Shown piece by piece: positions 25,798-37,815 of a DNA stretch of 64,000 bases. Both the position numbers and the translations under genes were made by a program. The stretch lies in NCBI GenBank assembly GCA_030704615.1, contig CM060731.1:68882001-68946000 (forward strand), written 5' to 3'. The notes under the pieces are model-generated. The model made no database searches, was not told the DNA's origin, and saw only the letters and a list, made by a program, of their open reading frames with translations. The DNA is from Takakia lepidozioides. Its lineage: Eukaryota > Plantae > Bryophyta. How positions within the stretch are numbered: the stretch's first letter is position 1; each line of letters opens with the position of its first letter.

Positions 25798-26417
25798 TGT
25801 CAAGGACGAGAACGTGACTGAACACAAACAAGATATCAGACTAGAGGTACAAGACTAGACAAGAAGTCAAGGTCGGCGTGGCCGAATGCATGATGGGTAA
25901 ACATGAATCAAGATGATCTTTATAACAATGGACAAGAGTACAAGATATTGGAACTCGACTTGAATACTAGAATGCTGGAAACTGGATTGGAGTACCAGAT
26001 ACTGGAAACTAGACTAGAGTACTTGGACTAGAAACAAAAGTAGCTTGAACTTGTGTTGGGGAGACTGAGGAGTGTCCAATCTCGCCTTCTATATATACTA
26101 GCTACTAGGAAGTTCCCTAAGAAGCTTCCCCAATGGAGGTTTCTTGATGGAAAAATTTCGAAGGTTAAACAAAGGTTTCTTGATGGAGAAGTTTTCTTAA
26201 GCAAAAGAGATATCTTGATGGAGAAGTTTCCTCCAAAAAAAGCTGCATGAGCAGTTTCCCAAGTTACTCTCGGTAATTTGGTAAACTTTCGGTAACCTGG
26301 TAACTAATGATAACTTATGGTAGATCATGGTAAATCATGGTAACTTTTGGTAATATGATAACTTGGTAATTTCTGGTATTTACTCCTGATAAATTCTTCT
26401 GGGCTATGTCTGTGACA
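25798..26417 (-). repeat. 5' LTR of the Tcn1-like element
   Basis: TGTCA...TGACA termini, immediately upstream of gag (ORF 25442-25768), homologous to 1691-2313. Confidence 0.9.
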
Positions 26418-27010
26418 GCTAGTGCTAACCGAGCTTGTGAATGCTGTTTTGGCTCTTTTCCAAACTGCTTACTATATTGGTTTGGAGTCCTTGCCATTTA
26501 GCAAATTTCCAGGTTTGTGTCAACTTTTGGTCACTCTCAAAGCTTGTATTACTCAGAAACTGTACCATGATGAGAAGTCTTGTGCTGATATATTGTTATG
26601 TATCTCATGTGTTGTTCAGAAGAAGGTGTTGGATAGGGTAAGGATTCCAAGTGACTATGGAATCATGATAGATGAGTCAACTGACATTTCAGTAACCGGT
26701 CATCTTGTTGTTTTTGCTTCTTTTCTTGAAGAGGGCTTGCCAGTCACTGTGTTTTTGGGGTTACTTCACAATATTGATGGCAAGAAGAATGCAACAATGA
26801 TATATGAGTGTTTACTAACTAGTTTGAAATAGTGGGATTTGGATCTAGATAAGTTTTTGGGGTTTGGTTCGGATGGGGCAACAACCATGGTGGGGGCTCG
26901 ATTCGTCGCGGCTACTCGTCTTAAGCAAAAGATAAACCTCTTCATGTTGGTCATCCATTGCGTAGCACATAGGACGAACTTGGCAGCATTAGAAGCTGCC
27001 AAGACATCTT
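26418..27010 (+). pseudogene. hAT-superfamily transposase fragment (ZNF862-like)
   Basis: IMIDESTDIS, GFGSDGATTMVG and HCVAHRTNLA motifs; internal stop. Confidence 0.85.
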
Positions 27011-27350
27011 ATGTTTTGTTGTTTGTATAAATAGGTAACGCTTCTAAAATTCAAGGCCCTTAACTTTTTGGTTGAGGTCCTTGCATTTTAGAAGCCTCTC
27101 ATTTTTTAATAATTGGAACTTGAATGCACCTATGGGACCGACCAGTACAACCCATGGGGTGAGCTCATGAACCCACCCCCCTTTCAGCAGGTCTAGATTT
27201 TGAATTTTTTCGAAGTCCTACTTCCTTAACGGCGGCGGACCTTCTAGCGGACTAGCCAAACCCTCAACAGACTGACTCCAACTGGCGAGCGGATTGACCA
27301 GCAGACTAGCGATTGGCGAGCGGACTGACTCAGTCCGGCAGACTGGCGAG

Positions 27351-27740
27351 CACTACAACAGATCGCGGTATATCTTACTACCGAGCCGTGGTAGTCATGG
27401 TTTTTCTGACTTTGACCATGACTTCCCTGTATTTTTGGACCAAATGGGGCTTCACGTAGTCGTTGAAATGACTATGTGACTCCGTAGTCCTCTTGGCGAC
27501 TACTTTGGTAGACGTCGTCATGACTGCATGGCTCCGCACTAGACGGATGGTTGGTCAACGATGGTTGACCAGTGCGAGCTCACCACCAAATAGTTGCCAG
27601 AATGACTTCTAGTGCAAACCTGGTAGCCAAAAGGTTAAAAAAGTTAAAAAAAATTCTTATAGGGTTGCCCATGAGAGGGCTGGGACTTAGCTTTCTTTTT
27701 CTTTTTCTCCTGCACGATTTCTTAGTATCGAGCTGTTGTG
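27351..27740. mobile_element. Arm of a second CACTA element leading into PPR fragments (other end uncertain)
   Basis: CACTACAACAG start, GTAGTC/GACTA subterminal repeats. The inner junction is homologous (inverted) to 23270-23370. Confidence 0.65.
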
Positions 27741-30700
27741 TTGTGTCATGGAACGCGATGATCGCAGGATAGGGGCGTGGGATGGAGGCTTTGCAGACTT
27801 ATTCTTGAGCTACTGATGCAGGAAGGGGCAAAGCGTAACCTGCACAACAACCGCAATGGGCTCTTGGCTCATGTTAGTACCATGATTTGGTATTCTTCCT
27901 GATGTTTACAAGGTTCTTGGGAGAGACAACTTGGTCTTAGCAGTCCGTGTTTCAATTGACGCCCGCTCAGCTGCACCGTGGTGGTTCTCACAGACCAATA
28001 CGACATCACCTGACTACAGACACAAGCAACACACACAAGAGGTCCTATTATGTTCATGGTCAATCAAATCCTCCATGGATCATGACACAAGGTCGAGGAC
28101 TATGTGGTGAGGGCACCTTCTTCTTTGACCTATTTCAGCCTGTTTTGACCTCTCATCAGACTCGGCCCTGAATTTCTTCACGATGGTGGGACAACCGCAA
28201 TCACAAGGTGTGGCTTTTTCTTAATGTACCATGTAAAGTTCTAAGTTAGTCCATCCTGCAAATGTGGGCTCTTGGCTCCTGTTATGATTTGGTATTCTTC
28301 CTAATGTTTACAAGGTTCTTGGGAGAGTCAGCTTGGTCTTAGCAGGCTGCGTTTCAATCTCTGCCCGCTCAGCTGTGGAAGTCACAGCAGCCTGCTACTC
28401 AAGGCACCTTCTTCAACACATTTCACCCTGTTTTCCCCTCTTATCAGAATTGGCCCTAAATTGGTGAGGGCACCTTTTTCTTCAACCTATTTCAGTCTGT
28501 CTTGCCCTCTCATCATTAGGGTTGGGGTGTTTGCTGGAAGAGGGCCGGATTTCAAGCACAAGATTACCTATGATTCCCTATGGATCCATTGCTACAAGAA
28601 ACCTACATGGGTAGATAGTGAACTAGAAGCCACAGCAGCAGCGGCACAATTGATAAAATTAGGCACTGCTAATGAAGGCAACCTTCTTCAACACATTTCA
28701 CCCTGTTTTTCCCTCTTATCAAAATTGGCTCTAAATTTTCAGGTTGAATTTCTATAAGTTACTGGTTGAGTGAACCTTTGATAGTTTGTAATGCGTGTGC
28801 AAGCCTGGCAACTCTGGAGAAGGGCAAAGAGGTCCATGGCAACATTGTCAGAGCTGCAATTGTACCACATGTCATTCTGAACAATACCCTTTTGGACATG
28901 TATGAAGGGAGTGTTTGACAGTATGGCTGAACAAGATGTGGGTGTCGTGGAGTGCGATGATTGCAGGATATGCACAGCTCCGGCGTGGGATGGAGGCTTT
29001 TGAGAACTATGAGCAATTGATGTGCGAAGGGAAGAAGCCCAACCACATCACATTTGTTTGTGTTTGTAATGCGTGTGCAAGCCTGGGAGCTCTGGGAAAG
29101 GGGAAAGAGGTCCATGGTGACATCGTCAAAGCTGGAATTCTACCAGATGTCATCCTGAACACTGCCCTGGTGGACATGTTTGTCAAATGTGGGTGCATTC
29201 AGGATGCGAAGGGAGTTTTCCACACTCTGGCTGAACGAGATGTGGTGTCGTGAAACGCCATGCTTGCAGGGTATGCACAACAGGGGGGCGGGATGGAGGC
29301 TTTGGAGACCTATGAGCAAATGATTGGGGAAGGGTGAAGCCCGACCACATCAGGTTTGTGTGCGTTTGCAGTGCGTGTGCAAGTCTGGCAGCCCTGGAAA
29401 AGAGCAAAGAGGTGCATGGTTGTTAGAGGACTGACTGGGACTTAGACACTTATACGGGATCTGTGGGGTACCCTTAATTTTTGCACAGACTGAGACCAAC
29501 AGGAGCCTTAGGGGTGACAGCAGCGCACTTTAGGGGGGGTTACACAGTCCGTCACAGCCAACACAGCCCGTCACAGTCCGGCACAGCCGACACAGCCCAT
29601 CACAGTCAACACATCCCGTCACAGTCCGACACAGCCGACACAGCCAGACACAGTCAACACAGCTCGTCATAGCCCGACACAGCCCATCACAGCCAACACA
29701 GCCCGTCACAGCCGACACAGCCACACAGCCAGTCACAGCCCGACAAGCCGGTCACAGCCGGTCACAGTTTCACACAGCCAGTCACAGCTTGACACAGCTG
29801 TCACGACCATAGGGAACGGATAGCAGGACAGGGAACGACTGTGGGGAACAACACCTGCGAATGGAACATGTTAGTTCACGGATGACGGTTAGTGAGGGAA
29901 ACGGTTAGAACAAATGGGTAGGAAGATAAAGCTAGGAGCAAGGACTGGAAAATGATCAATTCTTGGGAGCACTTCTTGGGGATGACTTCGGACATCACGG
30001 GGGAAAATGAGGCAGAGAGCGGATCTCTGAGGAGAAAGAGGGAGAGCACGGAGTAGGAGGAGGAGGATCTGTTGATGCTTAATGAATGCAGGCAGTAGAA
30101 TTGTAATGTAGAGCAGATTAGAGACTCCATGGCTTCAGCCTGATACTTGATAGATATTAATCTGATACACACTTCATACTCACACTGTGTAGAGAGAGAT
30201 CTGAGTGAAGCTGTGGAATGAATGGACGAGTTGATGGAATCCGATAGATTGATGAAGCAAACTGATACTTAATTACCAACAGTAAGGTAACTAGCTAACA
30301 TGAATGCGGGAAGGAAAACAAATAGGAAACACCCCCATGATACACTAGCTGTAGGTCATGACTGATTGTTCTGAGCGGGCTGAGTACTTAGAGATTTCCA
30401 ACTCTTCTATCTTGGAGTTTCCGCCTCGGATAGCGAAGGGATGGGTGAGTAAAAGCCGCGCGACAATGGTTGCATCGCCAAAGCTGGAATTGTACCAGAT
30501 GTAATTCCCTATGGATCAATTGCTACAAGAAACTTGCATGGTAGATGGTCAACTAAAGGAGGACTAAAGGCTGCAGCTGCAGCGGCACAGTTCATAAAAC
30601 CAGGCACCTCAACCATGACCACAACTTCTGAAAGAGGATCAAGAGAGGGAGTCCACAATGCCTCTTCTGCTGGGCATCTGAAGATGCTTTGTGAGGCAGG

Positions 30701-31290
30701 TAGACTGACAGAGGCTCTATAGACTTTAAACCAACAAGGCATTTCAGCAGATTCAGATATGTATGTCTGTCTCTTGCTTAAGTGCATCAAGATGAAAGGT
30801 CTGGAAGCTGGAATTAGGTACACGCTCACATTATCCAAAGTGCATTTATGCCAAATGTTTTTCTACTCAACACCCTTAAGTCAACATGTATGTTAAGTGT
30901 GGGAGCATCGTGGATGCTCACCAAGTTTTCCACAGAGTGCCTCGACGATCTTTGATCACGTGGAATATAATGTTGGCAGGATTTACCAAGGATGGGTGTG
31001 GGCGGAATGCTTTGGAGACCTATGAGCAACTGTTGCGCAAAGGGTGAAGCCCAACCACATCACGTTTGTTTGTATTGTTTGCAATGCGCGTGCAAGGCTG
31101 GGAGCTCTGGAAAAGGGGAAAGAGGTCCATGGTGACATCGTCAAAGCTGGATTTGTACCAGATGTCATTCTGACCCCTGCCCTGGTGGACATGTATGCCA
31201 AATGTGGGTGCAGTGAGGATGCCAAGTGAGTGTTCAACAGTATGGCTGAAGGAGATGTGGTGTCGTGGAACGCGATGCTTGCAGGCTTTC
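27740..31290 (+). pseudogene. Cluster of PLS-PPR gene fragments with N-terminal extensions
   Basis: VSWSAMIAGYAQ..KPNHITFVCVCNACASLGALGKGKEVHGDIVKAG; HLKMLCEAGRLTEAL. Many stops and frameshifts. Confidence 0.85.
29421..30465. mobile_element. Solo LTR (1045 bp) inserted in a PPR motif
   Basis: TGTTAG...CGACA termini, 5-bp TSD ATGGT, splits KEVHG|CIAKAG. Confidence 0.9.
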
Positions 31291-31829
31291 TTCCTTATGC
31301 ACTCATGCCAGAGACAGAGCTAAGTATCTGAATCTGCTGAATTGTTTCCTTGGTTTATAGGGGGCAGGCCGGCATTATCAATTCTAATCAGGGACACTAT
31401 AATTACACCCTAAGCTCCTAATCCAGGTGAATTCAAATTCTCGCTTAAGAATGACTCAGACAAAGAAGTGAATGTCGTCAACGACATTCAATTTGGATCT
31501 ATGATTACAATCCTTATGAAGCCATGGTCGCACCTATTTAAAAAAAATAAAAATTTGTCCGACAATTTGTCCTTTGCTGAGGTCGCATGATTGACAATAT
31601 AAATGACAATATATGAATTTTACAGATAATTAATGAAGTCCACGTAATGATGCCACATCGGTTGCCACGTCGGTTTCATAGTAAATAGTCAATAGTAAAG
31701 TAAAAAAATAAACATATTTATGTACAGTAACGTCGGTTTAGGACGTGACGTGACGCACGTCCGTCGCTGACGTCGGACGTGACGCTGACGCGTCAACGCC
31801 ACGTCACGTCCAAATTTGCAACTAGGGTG

Positions 31830-33210
31830 CCTGATTTATCAATTCCACCGCTACTGTTGCAGCTTCCAGTTGACCATCTATCCATGCAGGTTGCTAGTAG
31901 CTATTGATCCACAGGGAATCATAAGAGCTTGAAGTTCGGCCCTCTTCGATGAATCTGGACCCACACTCTATCCCTGCTCCTTCAGCTATCCATGCCTCTG
32001 CCAAAATTATGCATTCACCTTTGTTGCTGCTAGCAGCTGACAATGAAAGCCTCGAATTGTTCTAGGAAACACCCAACTCAACTTATCACACTAGTTCCTA
32101 TGCTCAATTGCATCTTCTACTCTCTGTAATCCAACAGACATTCACCTTTTTGCCTTGATTGTCCCACCGTTGAGTGGGGTCAGAAAAGTATTCACTACAA
32201 CAGAACGCTCCCAGGCTTGCACACGCATTGCAAACACAAACAAATGTGATGCAGTTGGGCTTCAACCCTTCGCGCAACATTTGCTCATAGGTCTCCAAAG
32301 CATTCCTACCAACCCATGCTTGGTAGATCCTGCCAGTTGACATTATATTCCAGGTGATCAAAGATCGTTGAGGGATTCTGTTGAACACTTGGTGAGCATA
32401 GATGTACACCAGGAGAATGTTCAGAATGACATCTGGTACAATTCCACCTTTGATAATGTCACCATGAACCTCTTTGACCATTCCCAGGGCTGCTAAGCTC
32501 GCATATGCATATTATAAACACAAATGAGCATGACCTGGTCTCGCTTCATCCCTTCCCCCATCATTTGCTCTTAGGTTTCCAAAGCCTTAATCCCATACCC
32601 ATGCTGCACATACCTTGCAATCATGGCACTCCAAAACACCACATCTCGTTCAGCCATATTGTCGAACTCTCCCTTCGCGTCAGGCTTGTTGCACCCACAT
32701 TTGGCATACATGTCCACCAGGGCGGAGTTCAGAATGACAACTGGTACAATTTCAGCTTTAACGATGGCACCATGGCCGAGAGTGACATCTAGTGATACAA
32801 TTCCAGCTTTGACGATGTCACCATGGATCTTGGTGCCCTTTTTAGGGCGCCAGGCTCACATTTGCCGTATATGTACACCAAAGGAATGTTCAGAATGAAA
32901 TTTGGTACAATTCCAGCTTTGATAATGTCACCATGAACCTCTTTGCCCCTTCCCAGGGCTGCTAGGCTTGCATATGCATACTACAAACACAAATGAACAT
33001 GAACTGGTCTGGCTTCATCCCTTCCCACATCATTTGCTCTTAGGTTTCCAAAGCCTTAATCCCATACCCATGCTACACATACCTTGCAATCATGGCACTC
33101 CAAAACACCACATCGCGTTCAGCCATATTGTCGAACTCTCCCTTCATATCAGGCTTGCTGCACCCACATTTGGCATACATGTCCACCAGGGCAGAGTTCA
33201 GAAGGACAAC
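31830..33210 (-). pseudogene. PLS-PPR fragments, including a local tandem duplication (32430-32760 vs 32905-33210)
   Basis: KEVHGDIIKGGIVPDVIL and related motifs, plus near-identical duplicated blocks. Confidence 0.8.
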
Positions 33211-33706
33211 TGGCATGCACTCTCTTGGCAGGAATAGCTGAAGGAGCAGGGATGGAATGTGGGTTCAGATTCATGCAAGAGGGCGTTCAGCTTCCTATAC
33301 CTTCCACGATCACATCATATCGTCAACCTACGTTTGAAACTATGGATCGGTTCAGCTCGACTTCATACCATACTGATAAACTAAGCACTCCACACTGCTT
33401 TCTAGTACAAATCGACACCCTACCTATGCTGACTTATGTACACAATAATCTTAGTGTCATGACAACGAGGACCTATGAATTGTACTTCTAGCCATCGCTA
33501 GTTTAGATACTATGTACACCTTGAGAGTTTCTGAACCGAAAGGTTCTCTCTCACTATCCATTGACTTCAGCTTTCAGTGCGCAGTGCTCACATGCCATGA
33601 TGAGCTAGTCTCTTCTAAACACCAAGCACCGCAACGTTCAGCCCTACCATACATGCTCTCAGTTCAAAAAAAATGAAACCCATGACGCCCTTACACTTCA
33701 AACGGA

Positions 33707-34334
33707 GAATGGCGTTGACGACATTCACATCCAGAGTTGTTGAGAGGTCCTCAGAGTTATGTAAGTTTTTGTAATGTCCATAGAGTTTACAGTGAGGATT
33801 CCTCACTTCAGTTTGTTGAATGTCAATGCAGACATTCAGTTATTCTGCATTGCTTTTGCCTCTTGCGAGAAATCTTGAGGCTTGATTAGCTGTGTTATCA
33901 GAGATCCAAAGTGAATGTCGTTGACGACATTCACTTCTATGTCTATGTCATTCACCAGCGACAATTTGAATTTACATGGATTGGGAGCTAAGGGTGTATT
34001 AATTGGTTCTTTGTTCGTAATTTTGTGAATGGCGTTGACGCCATTCACATCCAGTGTTATTATGAGGTCCTCAGAGTTATGTTCGTTATGAATGTCCATT
34101 GAGTTTTTGGGGAGGGTTCCTTACTCAAGTTTCTGATTTCCATCCAATGATAATGCCTCTTTTGAGAAATCATTAGGCTTGATTAGCAGTGTATTCACAA
34201 ATCCAAAGTGAATGTCGTTGACGACATTCACTTCTATGTCTGTGTCATTCCAAAGCGAGAGTTTGCATTCACGTGGATTAGGGTGTATTACAGTATCATT
34301 GAATGGAATGTTTGAATGGCGTTGACGACATTCA
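33707..34334. repeat. Array of 24-bp palindromes GTGAATG(T/G)CGT-TG-ACG(A/C)CATTCAC in units of about 300 bp
   Basis: Copies at 33707, 33911, 34025, 34208 and 34313. Confidence 0.9.
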
Positions 34335-34477
34335 CATCCGGAGCTGTCGTGTGGTCCTGAAAGGTCCTTGGAGCAGTTCTCAGAGCCATTTCATTCCATG
34401 TTTTTTTCATTCTGTGCTACTTGCATCTTACTCACTTCGCGCTTTTGGTGGGTTGGGATTTATCTCCTGTTTAACAG

Positions 34478-36692
34478 GTACACGAAATATGTGCTTATGG
34501 AAGGAAATCACCTGAGCGGTATTCCAGACTATCTTGACATGTGGTTGGACCCTGCAAACGATCCAACCATGTATACTGCATCAGGGATATTGAAGGACTG
34601 GAGTCCTTCTCACTTCAGAGACTGTGGCTAGTACCTTGACTGCCCACCGGAGCACACGACCTTTCAAGAACAACATATGAAATATTTGAACAATAATGCT
34701 GAGATGCTGGCGCCTCTGACTGACGAAGAGTACCAAAGAAACATAGCAACATTGGCTGCCAAGGAGCCTGATGCTCAGGGAATGCCGCAGAAGGGAAAGA
34801 AGGCGGGCCGCAAACCAAAAGACAAGGCTCTTGATGTCATAGCCATCTCACCAGCAAAGCCAAAAGACAAAGACAAGTCCAAAGAGAAGGAAAAGGACAA
34901 GGGGAAGGAGAAAGAAAAGGAGATGGAGAGTGGGCAGGACTTCACTGCTAGAAGATATACCCGCACAGTTCAGTGCGTGTTCGATGCCAAGCCACACCCT
35001 TCCCGTTCTGATTCGGCAGGAGAGATTAAAATTGTCAATGAGGGTTGGCTGTCGATGATGCAGAGTCAAAAGAGAGGATACACTGGGTGCCTTCGCCTAC
35101 CTGGGATAACATAATCTCATTCCTCAATCTGGTGAGAATTCCAGTTTCTTTCCTTTTTCTCTAAAAGTTTCATTGGCAGTATTTCAGTCTGGTTCTTTGA
35201 AAACATTCTTGCCATCGTTCTTAAAAAAAACATGTCTGTTGCAGGTGAGCACATTCCCACCTTCGTGTGCGGTGTGCAGAAAACATATGCGGCTGACATT
35301 GTCATTCTCGACATCCCGGATGGTCAGGCTGTGCCAGAAGTTCTTCCAAAGGGCAAGACGTCAGGCTAGAACAAATTCGAGGACAACTACTGGAGTTGGG
35401 TGTTCGGGTTCTATAATAATTTCCTCTATGATGCAGGGACACTTCTGCTTTTTCAGTCATGTGACAAAGATAGTCGTCGGGCATTGGCATCATACCTGAA
35501 GTCTTCAGGGTTTGAAGTTTTGCGCACATGGAATTGTGTGAACAGCCTCTACCTTGTGAAAGGGTGTTTCCCTGGTCAGCTGGTATGCCGTCTCCCTTCT
35601 GCTTGTGCTTTCATGATGAGTTTCAATGTTCTCTGCAACTCCACTCTAGAAGAATCTGTCATGATCGACACCGACCATCACCGATTCGTGATAAAAATGA
35701 TTGTTTTGTGCCTGAGTTCTGAATAGCCGATGTACACACTTCCACTATAGATTGTGTTTACCACACTAACCTGCTATCTTTGGCAGATGAGGATGTTCGA
35801 GGCGATCTGCCTGCGGAGGATTCGCACCTCAAAGACACCATCCTCCATCCGCAACTTTGAGATTTCTGACCAGGGTTGTTTCATCAACCCCCCCTATGAG
35901 CCGCATGTCGATGACATTTTGTACAACTTCATGCAATCCAGTCAGACTCTGAAGAGACCAAATGGCACTCCCTGGAGAGGTGCAAAGGAAAAATCCCCAG
36001 CGTTCATGCAAATATTGCTGGAGTCATGCAGCCACCACTCTGCACGGGTGGTCGATCTTTCTGTGTTCACAAGTTCGTTCTCTCCCTTCCGAATTGATTT
36101 TTTTTCACCAGTTCCATCTGCTTAAATCCCCCCCCACCAAACTGTTCATGTCCTCATGTCTGGTGCAGGAGCAACTTACCATGCATGCAAGGCAGGCGGA
36201 AGAAGCCTTTTTGGCATGGAGGGTGATTCTGACCTCTACAACATAGTGTTCCTCCCCCTTTTGTCTGGCTCCACTTCAGGCACACAGACTGATCGGATTC
36301 AAATTCGAAATGATGACGATCCCGAAGATAAGCAGGTCGACAACGACTTTTCATGTGAGTAAGTGCTAAACCCACTTTGGGAGTCATACTCAATTTCTCA
36401 ATAACATCAAAGTTACAGTAATAACTTTTTCAGGCTGTCTTTCAGGAAAGGCAGCGGTGGATCTTCAGGAGATACAGTCATTTGTGGCGAGTCTGTTTTT
36501 GACAGCCCCCTTTCCAATTTTCTGCTTCTTGATTATGCCGAAGCAATGGCACTTCACGCGGCCGAGTCCCTATCCCTTGAATTTTTACTGCCCGGCCGTA
36601 GGTGTAGCCAGCGTAGATCCGGAGTTCTTAAATACTTAGACTTAGATGCAGAGGAAGTGGGGATACATTGTACTGACTCTGAGTCAGACTGA
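34478..36692 (+). pseudogene. Beta-class N4C/N6A DNA methyltransferase-like gene (copy 1), five exons predicted
   Basis: Predicted exons 34478-35131, 35245-35582, 35787-36071, 36169-36358 and 36434-36692, all GT-AG. Motif IV-like ADIVILDIPDG; motif X/I/II-like EKSPAFMQILLESCS..VVDLSV.TGATYHACKAGGRSLFGMEGDSDLY. Two TGG>TAG stops. Confidence 0.75.
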
Positions 36693-37387
36693 ACTATGTT
36701 ATTTTAATATTCTGTTTCATCATCTTTGGAAAACGTTGAATCCCCTTCCTCCACCGTAGTTGTTCCTTTGGAAAGAAAAAAAATCAAAGAATCAACTACC
36801 ATTTAAATTGCAATATGTATGAATCCATCTCACAAACCTCCCTCACTCTTGTCATCCATTGTGCTTTCATCTACAGTGTATTCATGCATGCTCCATTCAT
36901 GAATTTCCTTTGTTCAACATCCATTGTACATTCATCCTCTGTACTCTTTAATCCACCCCACAAACCTTCCACACTCATGTCATATACGTTGTGCATTCGT
37001 CTATAGTTTTAGTCATGCATCTTCCTGTCATGAATGTTTTTCATTGCTCAACATCCATTATACATTCATCCATTTGACTCTTATCCATTTTTCACACTCA
37101 TCCATCTATTTATCATCCAACTGTACATTCATCCATCTTTTATTCATTTGTTGCTTTCAGGTGGGAATGACCACTGCCTTTTATTATGTCGTCCAGCTTG
37201 TTTCCGCGGTAAAGGGTGCCAATCCGCGGGAATACACTCCACTTCTTCCTGGGCGCGTGGTGACGTGGTCTTCAAGTGTGATGACATGGAGTGAGCCCCG
37301 TGATGTGGCATTGGCGCAAGGTGACGTGGCGTGAGCGCAGTTGCGCTCACGTGCTCACGTGACCAGGCTCACGCCGAGGCATCCCTG

Positions 37388-37815
37388 GATGGGATAATAC
37401 TGCAAAGATGTGAAAAATGATGGAAGTCAGGGGGGTTAGAAGGGAGCCAGGTTGCTGATGCATTGCGGTTGGCAACAGGGTGCACACCTTTGTTGTGGAT
37501 GACAAATTGCATCCCCAAATTGAGCTGAGACAGTTGTCTGGGCAGATGAAGGAGGCAGGGTATGATGTGGGGGAGGTGCAAAAGGAATTTTCTCTCTGCC
37601 ACCACAGTGAGAAGCTGGCCATTGGTTTTGGGCTGATCAGCACGGCCCTTGGGACGCGTCTCCATCTGATCAAGAATCTTCGCCTAGTGTGTGGTGACTG
37701 CCACACAGCCACCAAGTTCATCTGAAAGATTGTTGGCCGAGCAACTGTGGTACGGGATGCCAATCACTTTCACCACTTCGAAGATGGTGTTTGTTCTTAT
37801 GGGGACTACTGGTGA
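37388..37815 (+). pseudogene. PPR E2-DYW C-terminal fragment (C-to-U editing deaminase type)
   Basis: REPGC PG-box, HHSEKLA, CGDCH, terminal GDYW*; internal stops. Confidence 0.9.

Larger units (their letters stand above)
1691..26417 (-). mobile_element. Tcn1-like Ty3/Gypsy chromovirus LTR retrotransposon, decayed, expanded to about 24.7 kb by nested insertions
   Basis: Matching LTRs at 1691-2313 and 25798-26417. PPT (- strand AGAGGAGGGAGTGA) at 2314-2327. Gag, PR, RT, RH, INT and chromodomain fragments lie in the correct order on the - strand, and the reading frame re-joins across the CACTA and MITE insertions. Confidence 0.85.
33707..37387 (+). mobile_element. Partial, inverted second copy of the MTase-carrying MULE (one terminus, MTase gene, palindrome array)
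   Basis: Reverse-complement homolog of 41351-44987. Terminus ...GCCGAGGCATCCCTG abuts a PPR E2 motif (GR|WDNTAK; intact paralog at about 62480-62520). Confidence 0.9.

Noticed and set aside
35885-35898. NPPY as the definite catalytic motif IV of the MTase
   Set aside because: Its position just before motifs X/I does not fit beta-class topology, where DIVILDIPDG occupies the motif IV slot. It may be coincidental until modelled.
37388-37815. U-to-C (KP-type) editing deaminase, or genomic stops repaired by RNA editing
   Set aside because: Both DYW domains have HSE and terminal DYW (C-to-U type). These are nuclear sequences with frameshifts, so the stops are pseudogene lesions.
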